From a virus (lineage: Duplodnaviria > Caudoviricetes): 54,889 nt of DNA. Made by a program: the position numbers and the translations under genes. Of this stretch, positions 9,560-18,030 are shown piece by piece. The notes beneath the pieces are model-generated. The model did no database searches. It was not told the DNA's origin and worked only from the letters and a program-made list of their open reading frames with translations. The stretch spans positions 1 to 54,889 of IMG/VR virus record IMGVR_UViG_3300009100_000013; one strand, 5' to 3'. Position 1 is the stretch's first letter; each line of letters starts with the position of its first letter.

Positions 9560-11272
9560 TTATTTTAACCTTTTTATTAAGCTACCAATGGTTAATGGTT
9601 TTTGTATGGTTAACAATCCATTATTATCAGTTTTGCCAATTACAATATCTTGCGGAGTTATAAAATCTGATGCTATCACGGTTGAAATAAAGGACAATGT
9701 ACCTGTTCCTGGATTTTGAGATACGCCAGATGCGTTTGTTACTTCAATTGATGAAGGGCTAACCACTCTTGAAATTATAAAAGTTCCTGCATTTGCTGCT
9801 GAAACTGGATTTGCCCCACCAGAAGTAACTACAACCATCATTCCAGGAACAATTGTTAATAAATTTGTAGTAGTTGATAAATTGTAGGTCATTGTTGGTG
9901 CTGTGCCCAAAACACTACTAAAAGCTATTGAAGCTAAATTTGTATAATTGGTTATTGACGAATTTAAATTTCTATTTAAAGATAAATATTTATTAGCCGG
10001 ATAGGTAATTGAGGTATTTGTACCTTGTAAAATTACTGAATTGGTTGTTGACAAAACCCCTATATTTTTGCAATCAGTAGAATTTTTAAATAAAAGTTTT
10101 CTATAAATTGTTTGATTGTGAAGTTCCGTTGTACCTACAACTTGCGATCCAGAAGCGGTCGTAGAACCGCCAGCAAACAACCCCGCACTTTGAGACCCGC
10201 CCCCACCACCGCCGCCCTTCTGTAAACTTAAATTACCGCTTAAAATCCACGTGGAACCGTTAAACAATTCACTGGTTTGTGTATTTGTTGCTCCGGTTCC
10301 AGTGTAACCTCCCGCCATTGTTGAAGAAGTTTGGGAACCAAACAATGTCGGATAATTTCTTATAATGTTTAAATTTGATGATCTTGTCCAAACAGATCCA
10401 TTGAACAACTCTACTAATGGAGTTTGAGTTGCACCAGCGCTAGTAAAGCCCCCCGCCGTCATACCGCTGCCCTGGGCTCCCGCTTCTCCTGAAGCATATC
10501 TAGTTGAAGGTAAATTAGTCGAATTTGACCACACAGAACCATTGAACAATTCTGTAACATTGGTTATAGCACTGGTGAACCCACCTGCCGAAAATGCCGC
10601 ACTTTGAGTACCTGCCCCGGCCAAGTCAGATAAAGCTATGTTCCTTGCGCCACCCGTTGACCAAATAGATCCATTAAACAATTCCGTGGTATTAAGTCCG
10701 GGTTGCGCACCTGTGGTGCCACCAAAGATCATCCCAGCATTCTGAGCTCCTGCGCTGCCTGGCACATTTTTTGCTAAACTAATAGTGCCACTGGTAGCCC
10801 ATGTCGCACCATTAAATAATTCAGTAACATTGGTTGATGCTCCGCTTGATGTTTGTCCCCCCGCTATAAACGCGCTTGTTTGATTACCGCCCGAGCCCAT
10901 GAGCCATTTGGATATACTTAAATTACCACTAGCGGTCCATGCACCAACTCCACAAATAGCAACTAAATCACCCACAGCAGGAGCAGTCCCATCAGTAGAT
11001 GTAACCGCGGAGTTTATAGTCATATTTCTATATCTATTAATTAGATTTGTAGTAGTAACAGATGAAATTTGAACCCAATTAGATGCTCCAGAAGCCGTCT
11101 TTCTAAATAAACTGCCACTAGAGGTATTTATAAACAAAGATCCAACCGGAGAATCGGCACTTGGATTTACAGTATCTGATGCTAAAGCCGGGTCTAAACC
11201 GCTATCAAATTTTAACTTAGAAATATCTAATTCGGCATTTTCTATATCGTCAAATGTTAATTTTGCCGCCAT
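9560..11272 (-). CDS. Kelch-like six-bladed beta-propeller virion protein (paralog 2)
   Basis: Likely start MAAKLT at 11272, 1 nt after the upstream stop. Six Kelch-like repeats. Confidence 0.8.
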   Translation of the reverse strand: MAAKLTFDDIENAELDISKLKFDSGLDPALASDTVNPSADSPVGSLFINTSSGSLFRKTASGASNWVQISSVTTTNLINRYRNMTINSAVTSTDGTAPAVGDLVAICGVGAWTASGNLSISKWLMGSGGNQTSAFIAGGQTSSGASTNVTELFNGATWATSGTISLAKNVPGSAGAQNAGMIFGGTTGAQPGLNTTELFNGSIWSTGGARNIALSDLAGAGTQSAAFSAGGFTSAITNVTELFNGSVWSNSTNLPSTRYASGEAGAQGSGMTAGGFTSAGATQTPLVELFNGSVWTRSSNLNIIRNYPTLFGSQTSSTMAGGYTGTGATNTQTSELFNGSTWILSGNLSLQKGGGGGGGSQSAGLFAGGSTTASGSQVVGTTELHNQTIYRKLLFKNSTDCKNIGVLSTTNSVILQGTNTSITYPANKYLSLNRNLNSSITNYTNLASIAFSSVLGTAPTMTYNLSTTTNLLTIVPGMMVVVTSGGANPVSAANAGTFIISRVVSPSSIEVTNASGVSQNPGTGTLSFISTVIASDFITPQDIVIGKTDNNGLLTIQKPLTIGSLIKRLK

Positions 11273-11273
11273 A

Positions 11274-12812
11274 TTACCACCTACCAATACGATCAAAAGA
11301 ATAAATATTGCCAGCAAATACCTGAATTTGAGTTCTAGAAATCGCCCTTCCGATTAATAAATCATCCGCTTCAACAGAGGCTTTGACTAACACAGAAGAT
11401 GGGTTGTTTGTAGTAGAAGCATTCGGATAAAATCTTGGTAGCACTAACCACTTATCAACCCATTGTGTAGCCGTTGTAATAGCTGAATTGGAAGAGGTTA
11501 CGTTAATATTATTAATAAAACCTTGAAATTTAACTGACAAAGTTGTTGAGGTAACATCAAATGCAATTCCTATGTTATTTGACATTTTATAATTTTCAAT
11601 ATTGGTGATTTTTCTATATAAAGTTTGATTGTGCAATTCTGTTACAGTCAAGTGAGGAACTACGGCGGCGGTGCAACCGCCAGCTACCAGCCCAGCGTTG
11701 GGGCCGCCAGCGCTGCCCACAAACGTTCTTTTTGTAGTAATATCGCTGCCGGCAAACCAAGTAGAGCCATTAAATAGTTCAGATGAGAATGCAACGGCAG
11801 TTGAGCTTCCGGTGGAACCGCTTGCAATCATGGCTGCATTTTGACTGCCCATTGAGCCTGCACCATATCTAGCCGTTATTAAATTGCCATTTTTACTCCA
11901 AGTAGAACCATTGAACAATTCTGTTAGATTGCTCACGGTTGTGTCCACGCCGGTTCGGCCCGATGCTATCATGGCCGAATTTTGCGATCCAAATGCTGAT
12001 AAAAGCATTCTTTCTAAACTCATAGCACCACTTACAGACCAGGAAGAAGAATTAAACAATTCAGTAGATTTGCTTCTTCCAGAAGTTGTATTTCCACCAA
12101 CTATAAGCCCGGCATTATGTGATCCAGCGCTCCCGGCAGCATAAACACCGGTATTTAAATTTGCAGATGCGTTAGACCAAGCTGCACCGTTAAATATTTC
12201 GGTTGTTGTCACTGGTTCTAGAGAATTATCAGTGGAGCCACCGGCTATGAGAGCTGAGTTTTGCGAACCAGTGCCATTAACCCAAATTCTAGTAAAAACT
12301 GTACTTGAACCTAATGACCAAATAGAACCATTAAATAATTCAGTGGTGCTAATTGAATTTCCAGAATCGTTCATGCCGTCAATTATTAATCCAGAGCTTT
12401 GAGAACCGATTCCTAAAACTCTGGCTTTGGCAGAATTCAGATTGCCCGCAGTTGACCAGCTTCCAGCACCGTAGATACCTACCAAGTCTCCAATTGATAT
12501 TGAAGCGTTTGCAGAGGTTGTTGGTGAGGCAATGCCACCGGCAACCGTGGTTACAGGAATAACTGTTGTAAAAGATTGATTATAAGCGGTCCAATCTTGT
12601 TCATCAGACCATCCGTTAGGAGAATTTGTGGTATCCCATTCTTTTATGGCAATTGGGTCGGTTGAAGCCATGCCGCCAACAGTCCCGATTGCATAACTTG
12701 TTTTAGTTAAATTGCTTTGAGCATAAGTTACGGTTCCAGTAATGGCAAAATTATTACCTTTGGTTAAACTGATTGAACCAGGATATATATCAGCTTGCCT
12801 AATTTTTGACAT
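11274..12812 (-). CDS. Kelch-like six-bladed beta-propeller virion protein (paralog 1)
   Basis: Six Kelch-like repeats flanked by GDLVGIYG and ELHNQTLYRK. Confidence 0.8.
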   Translation of the reverse strand: MSKIRQADIYPGSISLTKGNNFAITGTVTYAQSNLTKTSYAIGTVGGMASTDPIAIKEWDTTNSPNGWSDEQDWTAYNQSFTTVIPVTTVAGGIASPTTSANASISIGDLVGIYGAGSWSTAGNLNSAKARVLGIGSQSSGLIIDGMNDSGNSISTTELFNGSIWSLGSSTVFTRIWVNGTGSQNSALIAGGSTDNSLEPVTTTEIFNGAAWSNASANLNTGVYAAGSAGSHNAGLIVGGNTTSGRSKSTELFNSSSWSVSGAMSLERMLLSAFGSQNSAMIASGRTGVDTTVSNLTELFNGSTWSKNGNLITARYGAGSMGSQNAAMIASGSTGSSTAVAFSSELFNGSTWFAGSDITTKRTFVGSAGGPNAGLVAGGCTAAVVPHLTVTELHNQTLYRKITNIENYKMSNNIGIAFDVTSTTLSVKFQGFINNINVTSSNSAITTATQWVDKWLVLPRFYPNASTTNNPSSVLVKASVEADDLLIGRAISRTQIQVFAGNIYSFDRIGRW

Positions 12813-15644
12813 TTAACGACTCCACAAATACAGCAAACTGCCAACAGTCAAGGAAGATGTTGCAACTTCAAATGTTTGATCATTTAATCTTCTATAATCT
12901 ATAACCGAAATAGCTCCAGATGTGACTCCGTATGTGTTATTAATTGGAAATTGCTGAACACCATCTATGCTCATTAATAATGAATTATCTGAAAAGCCAG
13001 TGTCCACAAATGTAGTGTAAATAGTTCTGGTATTAGAAACAGTTTCTCTAAAATATCTTTGTGAGCCAATTAAATTATCATTAACCCCAGTATAAAAGCA
13101 ACTAACCTTATCGGTTGTAGTTAAGCTAAAGGCGAAACCTATTGAAGCCGCGGATGCCGTATAATCAACATTTGCGCCGCGCTGTAAGCCATTTAAAAAT
13201 ACGGCAACAGTTGAAGTGTTAGACATTAATGTATCTAAGGCTACAACTGATGTAATTGAGGTTAAGACTTTGCTGGCCTGAACATAGGAATACGGAACAG
13301 TGCCACCCCTGGCATACATACAAACAATTTCATCTCCAGTAAGGGGAGCGTTAGAAAAAGTTAGTTGTTGATTTGCAAAATTATAATCATGAGTAACCGA
13401 TGTGCCCTGGGTTTGATAAAGACCATTTTTGAATACGACTACGGCCGTAACGGCTACTGGTGAGTTTGCAATGGTAAATGAAACGTTGGCACTATTAATT
13501 GTTCCGGATGGAATTTCTTGGGTCCATTTGTGAAGCGTATTAAGGCCAAAGGTGCCAAAAGAAGCGGGATTAAAGCCGCTACTACTATCAGTATTGTCAC
13601 CAATTAGATACGAAAGACCATCAACACCAACATAAACATTATTATCAGCTAATTTCCTAGCAATAACCAAAGTGTTTTCGGCCAATGGTAAATTGGCCAT
13701 CGATGTTACAGAAACTGCTAACGACGTGCTGACATTTCTATCTATGGTAACATATCCGCAAACATAACTTCCCGCTAAATTGGCGTTACCAGCTGGTATC
13801 CAATTAACTGTACCAGAGCCAGGACCATTTACGCTAATTGTAGCGCTAGCATTCCACGTTACCAAACCGGCAACGTTACTAACCGTTCCGCCACCCATTA
13901 AAGTGATATTCTTATCCTGAGCTTTATTGGCCATTGCCGTTGAAAGCTTAGAAACTCGGTCAGTTAAATTATCAGTAGAAGTTCCGCTATAATTTACTTG
14001 TGTAGGTGAGGTAATGGCCCCGCTAACTGTAGCTGAATATGGCGGAACGGTTAAAGATTCATTGGTAGAGCCAGAGGTCATAGCCCCGATGAATTGTAAC
14101 ACATTTTCAGAGGTGTTGTCTGAAATTTGACGGCTTTCGCCTTTTTGTAATTCGCCCCAATCTCTTAAGTAAATTACGGACCGACTTACCAAATCATTTC
14201 TAGAAGCGATCCAACGTAAATTACCTAAAGAAGTTTGCCCAAGAACATTTTCTGGACTAGTTACAATTAAATTGGATGTTGGATAATATGTTTTATTATA
14301 TTGTAATGTTTGTGTGCCAATTGAGCCATTGTAAGCACTGGTTAAAACAGCATATTTAGCATTTGAACTACTTGTAACAGCGCCTATGGTGTCATAAAAT
14401 TCAGATAATTGTGTATAATATCTCGATGAATCAGAAAATACCTTTACGAAGTCGCCCCGATCTGTGGTTGAACTATTTGCAGTTAAGACTGTAAAATCGC
14501 CAACATTACCAGCAATAATGCGTCTAGTAACGCTTGAAGCGGCGGTTTGAACGCCAGCCGGTACCGTGGCTAAACTTGGAGCAAAAACTACATTGGCCGA
14601 TAATAGTGCATATCTAGTTAAACTAACGGCTAAAACACTACCATTAGACATGGTAATGCCGGTAGCATTTGATTGAATTTTATAATATGCCGAAGAGAAA
14701 ACATTTCTTATAAAAAGGTCATTTGACCATTGCAAAAGACCCGTAGTTGCATTATTATGAGTTATTACACCTTCGCCGGTCAAATAACTAAAATTGGCAT
14801 CTTCGGCTACGGAAAATACACTTAATCCACCCGAAGAACCGCCACTACCTGTTCCGGGTTCAAACCAAAAAGCTGTGCCCTTGACTTCCTTGATGCTGGT
14901 CTCTACTGCTTCAATCCAAGAGCGTAAACTATCTATTTGCTTATCAGCACCCGTGAACGGATCTACCGAAGCAGAAGAGGTTGTAGCACCAGGTTCAGTA
15001 CGGCCAGCTGACCAGGGGTAATTGTAATTTGGATTTGGTGAAGCACCACCAGTACCTAAGCGAAAGAATAAATCCCTAGAATCTGTAATACTGGTAGCTA
15101 TATTACTACTATCAGTAACCACAACAGCTATTGGCAACAAATTACCAAAACCAGTTTGATTAATTACAATTCTATAATCTAAAATAGTTGATGCGGGCAA
15201 AACTCTACTAAACTCTGCTTCTGCATCAGCATCCCAAAAATACGTTTGTTCTGTAGATTCTTCGTCTACAACCCTGACCAATTCAATGCCAACATAATTG
15301 GTTGAACTAGACGCAAACCCACCAATAACTTTTGCATTAGTCGAATTAAGAACTTCACCAGTAGACCCGTCATCTACATGTAAAATGGTCCCGCTTTCAC
15401 TGGCTAATGTGTGCAAAATAGTGGCGTTTAAGCTGTCTAAGGTTAAATTGCTAGCTATTGCAGAAAATGAACTACTATCAATATTAATACTAAAACCACT
15501 TAGAATATATCCACGGGTGGTTCCGGTACAAAAATTGCGCAAAACAGTGTCGAAATCAAAGGCTACAGCTGATTCTACTGAACGCCAAGTTGACGTTGTT
15601 AAGCGAGCCTGGCTATAAAGTCTTTTTTGCGCCCGTACCGCCAC
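12813..15644 (-). CDS. baseplate/tail-fibre adaptor protein with three C-terminal repeats
   Basis: 943 aa, downstream of the baseplate genes. C-terminal repeats VFKNGLYQ..DY, VFLNGLQR..DY, MSIDGVQQ..DY. GTG start with SD AAGGTGG. Confidence 0.6.
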   Translation of the reverse strand: MAVRAQKRLYSQARLTTSTWRSVESAVAFDFDTVLRNFCTGTTRGYILSGFSINIDSSSFSAIASNLTLDSLNATILHTLASESGTILHVDDGSTGEVLNSTNAKVIGGFASSSTNYVGIELVRVVDEESTEQTYFWDADAEAEFSRVLPASTILDYRIVINQTGFGNLLPIAVVVTDSSNIATSITDSRDLFFRLGTGGASPNPNYNYPWSAGRTEPGATTSSASVDPFTGADKQIDSLRSWIEAVETSIKEVKGTAFWFEPGTGSGGSSGGLSVFSVAEDANFSYLTGEGVITHNNATTGLLQWSNDLFIRNVFSSAYYKIQSNATGITMSNGSVLAVSLTRYALLSANVVFAPSLATVPAGVQTAASSVTRRIIAGNVGDFTVLTANSSTTDRGDFVKVFSDSSRYYTQLSEFYDTIGAVTSSSNAKYAVLTSAYNGSIGTQTLQYNKTYYPTSNLIVTSPENVLGQTSLGNLRWIASRNDLVSRSVIYLRDWGELQKGESRQISDNTSENVLQFIGAMTSGSTNESLTVPPYSATVSGAITSPTQVNYSGTSTDNLTDRVSKLSTAMANKAQDKNITLMGGGTVSNVAGLVTWNASATISVNGPGSGTVNWIPAGNANLAGSYVCGYVTIDRNVSTSLAVSVTSMANLPLAENTLVIARKLADNNVYVGVDGLSYLIGDNTDSSSGFNPASFGTFGLNTLHKWTQEIPSGTINSANVSFTIANSPVAVTAVVVFKNGLYQTQGTSVTHDYNFANQQLTFSNAPLTGDEIVCMYARGGTVPYSYVQASKVLTSITSVVALDTLMSNTSTVAVFLNGLQRGANVDYTASAASIGFAFSLTTTDKVSCFYTGVNDNLIGSQRYFRETVSNTRTIYTTFVDTGFSDNSLLMSIDGVQQFPINNTYGVTSGAISVIDYRRLNDQTFEVATSSLTVGSLLYLWSR

Positions 15645-15652
15645 TTATTTAA

Positions 15653-15666
15653 CCACCTTTAATTTA
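15653..15666. repeat. 14-bp inverted repeat, copy A (CCACCTTTAATTTA)
   Basis: Perfect reverse complement of 23298-23311. On the mRNA strand it contains the SD AAGGTGG of the 943-aa gene. Confidence 0.9.
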
Positions 15667-15712
15667 TAGATTATTTTCATTAGATGCCTGTAAATGCTAA
15701 TTGAATATAAAA

Positions 15713-15720
15713 AGATTAAG
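15713..15720 (-). promoter_or_regulatory. candidate late promoter CTTAATCT (upstream of 943-aa adaptor)
   Basis: One of 11 CHTAAHCT copies at minus-strand gene boundaries. Confidence 0.65.
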
Positions 15721-15721
15721 T

Positions 15722-16201
15722 TTAAGGTAATTGTTGAGGAACGCCGTCGTAAGGAAATACACCCTCTGGGCTCGAGCTTAAGGCTACAAATCCGGTTCCG
15801 GCCATGTTCACCACCATCATTCCCTTGGCCGCAACACTATTTTGTACAGAATCTAGGGTACATGCTTTTATATTTAATAATAAATTGCCACTATTTCTTT
15901 CCAGAATGGCCAACGTAAAATATGGGGCAGAAGTGTTGGTACCGGGATATAGGGCCAAACCACTGTCTTCTAAAGATGTTTGTAACAGTCTTGTTCCACT
16001 TAAATTAAAAGTACACCTATATGGCCCAGGGGCAATTTCAGCAGGAACAATGCTATCAATAGTGTAAATAGGTCTGTTTCCATAATCGATGGACCAGCTC
16101 GCCTCAGTACAAAAACCCACCACAGAGCCGTTTAGAATGACCTTAACGTTTGCTGCAACTACTGTTCTGGCCGTTTCTCCGGCAAATGAATTAGATGCCA
16201 T
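15722..16201 (-). CDS. tail tube-like protein (second paralog, possible tube initiator)
   Basis: VKVILNGSVVGFCTEASWSIDYG..PIYTI....PAEIAP aligns with the tube protein at 43995-44510. Confidence 0.7.
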   Translation of the reverse strand: MASNSFAGETARTVVAANVKVILNGSVVGFCTEASWSIDYGNRPIYTIDSIVPAEIAPGPYRCTFNLSGTRLLQTSLEDSGLALYPGTNTSAPYFTLAILERNSGNLLLNIKACTLDSVQNSVAAKGMMVVNMAGTGFVALSSSPEGVFPYDGVPQQLP

Positions 16202-16211
16202 CTTTTATCCT

Positions 16212-18029
16212 TTATGGACCAAAAATCCATAAAATGTCGGAATTTGTCTTTCCTTGATTGCCAAAGCCTGTATCAGAGGGATATTTTACCTCTACAGAAA
16301 AGCCCAAACCAGCTCCTTTAATTCTATTAATTACGCTAACACAACTATTCCTGGCTGTGCCCAAATCAGTTAAAAAGCTACCCTTATCAGAATCATCTCC
16401 TGGGGGTACATATTTGCTTTTATTTTTTATAAAAATAACATCTGAGCCAACAGGATGTGAATGAACAAATTGATAACTAGCATCTAAAAGTATATCTTTA
16501 CCGTTTAAAACAGCTCTGTAAGGCACCAAAACTTCTTCGTTATTATATCCTATATCAAAATATAGATAACCACCAGTGGTCACAAAGCCATTTGTGCTTT
16601 GAACGGTTAGTATATTATAATTGCCCGCTTGCATGATGGCAGTTTCTGTAGTTGAAGAAACATTGGTTAAAATATAATCATTTAAATTAACCAAATAATT
16701 AGTTTTAAATAAATTATCTAAATTTCTTACCGAAGCGGTTAAGGTTACAGTTACCCTACTTTGTTCGCCAAATAATGTTTCTCCGGCAGTAAAGGTTCCT
16801 TGAACATTACCCAAAATTGAGGACAGTGAAGAAGTTTGAGATGATAAAATCCCGCTTGCCGTAGAAGTAAGACCAATTATCGTTTCACCCGATGTAAAAG
16901 TTCCACTGGAATGGGTTAAAGTATAATAAACTTCAGAAATATATGCCCCGCCTTCCGTTGGAGTTCTTTCGATTACAGATGTGGTCGCTGGTATAAAAAC
17001 TATAGTTTCGTTAGGCTCGCCTTCAATAACTGCTGCATATTGTTCTTGGCTGAAAACCGTTCTTTTCGTGGGCGTAAAAAATGTTATATTATTAACATTT
17101 GATATAGTAAGCGTTTGCGTAACGCTATTTTGATTTAATATTTCAAAATAAGAAAAGCTAACCGATCCATTAACAACATTAGTTATTGTAAAGCTGCCTT
17201 TATTACTATCATTAAATTGAGAACCTGACACCACAACATAATCATCTTTAGAAAGAGCTACGAACCCAGGATCTTGTCCAGCAATCCAGGTAAATCTAGT
17301 AGTTATGCCATTTAAATTGGTAACTCCGCTGGTATAATTTTGAATTCTTAATTGAGTCGTAGTACTTTCTGTGGTATTAATAAACGTATTAAATTTTAAA
17401 TATAAATTGGCCGTACCACCTACAATTCTAACTGAGCCGGCGGTACCTAACGTATTTGTAAATAATCTAACCTTTTCATTTTGACCAGATGCGTCAAAAT
17501 AAGCTAATGCGAAAGCACTCGCACCTATTGTACTTAATTTCTGAGAAATAACGCTGGACAACTCAATGGCTGTAATATTGCTAATTGAATCAAAGTCAGA
17601 TGTTTCAAAAACAATGTTATAAACGTGTTTTTCGTCAATTATAATTGATAAATCCGTACCATTAACCAAAGAATAATTTTCAGAAAGCTCTGTTTCAGCA
17701 AATGCCCTAGTAAGAGATGTATCAAAATAGATATCTAAAACATTTAAAATTGCATTTCTTGAAAGTTCAAAATTAGTAGTTTCTGTAACTATTCTTCTAT
17801 AGGCGCTATCAGAAATGCCGATTCCAAATGGTCTGGCAATACCGCAATTACTACCGTGTATGTCAAGAAATTGTCCTTCGGCAGTTTTAGCAAATAATGA
17901 TTTGAATAATTCTTGAGCATTATTATCTAAAAAATCATCACCCGCAGCAATACCCTGAAGCCAAGAATTTATATTTGGCCCACTTATTGCTGGATTCAGT
18001 AATGTTCTTAGATAATCGTATTTTGCCAT
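16212..18029 (-). CDS. baseplate wedge protein (P2 gpI / T4 gp7-like position)
   Basis: TAEGQFLDIHG...GIARP....DSAYRRI at the N-terminus, C-terminal IKGAG. Follows baseplate J. Confidence 0.65.
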   Translation of the reverse strand: MAKYDYLRTLLNPAISGPNINSWLQGIAAGDDFLDNNAQELFKSLFAKTAEGQFLDIHGSNCGIARPFGIGISDSAYRRIVTETTNFELSRNAILNVLDIYFDTSLTRAFAETELSENYSLVNGTDLSIIIDEKHVYNIVFETSDFDSISNITAIELSSVISQKLSTIGASAFALAYFDASGQNEKVRLFTNTLGTAGSVRIVGGTANLYLKFNTFINTTESTTTQLRIQNYTSGVTNLNGITTRFTWIAGQDPGFVALSKDDYVVVSGSQFNDSNKGSFTITNVVNGSVSFSYFEILNQNSVTQTLTISNVNNITFFTPTKRTVFSQEQYAAVIEGEPNETIVFIPATTSVIERTPTEGGAYISEVYYTLTHSSGTFTSGETIIGLTSTASGILSSQTSSLSSILGNVQGTFTAGETLFGEQSRVTVTLTASVRNLDNLFKTNYLVNLNDYILTNVSSTTETAIMQAGNYNILTVQSTNGFVTTGGYLYFDIGYNNEEVLVPYRAVLNGKDILLDASYQFVHSHPVGSDVIFIKNKSKYVPPGDDSDKGSFLTDLGTARNSCVSVINRIKGAGLGFSVEVKYPSDTGFGNQGKTNSDILWIFGP

Positions 18030-18030
18030 A

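Noticed and set aside
10195-10220. Hepta-glycine run in Kelch paralog 2 as a phase-variation tract
   Set aside because: It is encoded by mixed GGN codons, not a long homopolymer or perfect microsatellite.
11273-11317. Hydrophobic signal-like N-terminal extension on Kelch paralog 2 in the ORF track
   Set aside because: It overlaps the end of the upstream gene. The ATG at 11272 directly after that stop matches the paralogs' N-termini better.
7628-12812. Kelch repeats as a CRISPR array or DGR template/variable repeats
   Set aside because: The repeats are protein-level with synonymous divergence. There are no identical DNA repeats with spacers, no adenine-specific mismatch pair and no reverse transcriptase in the window.
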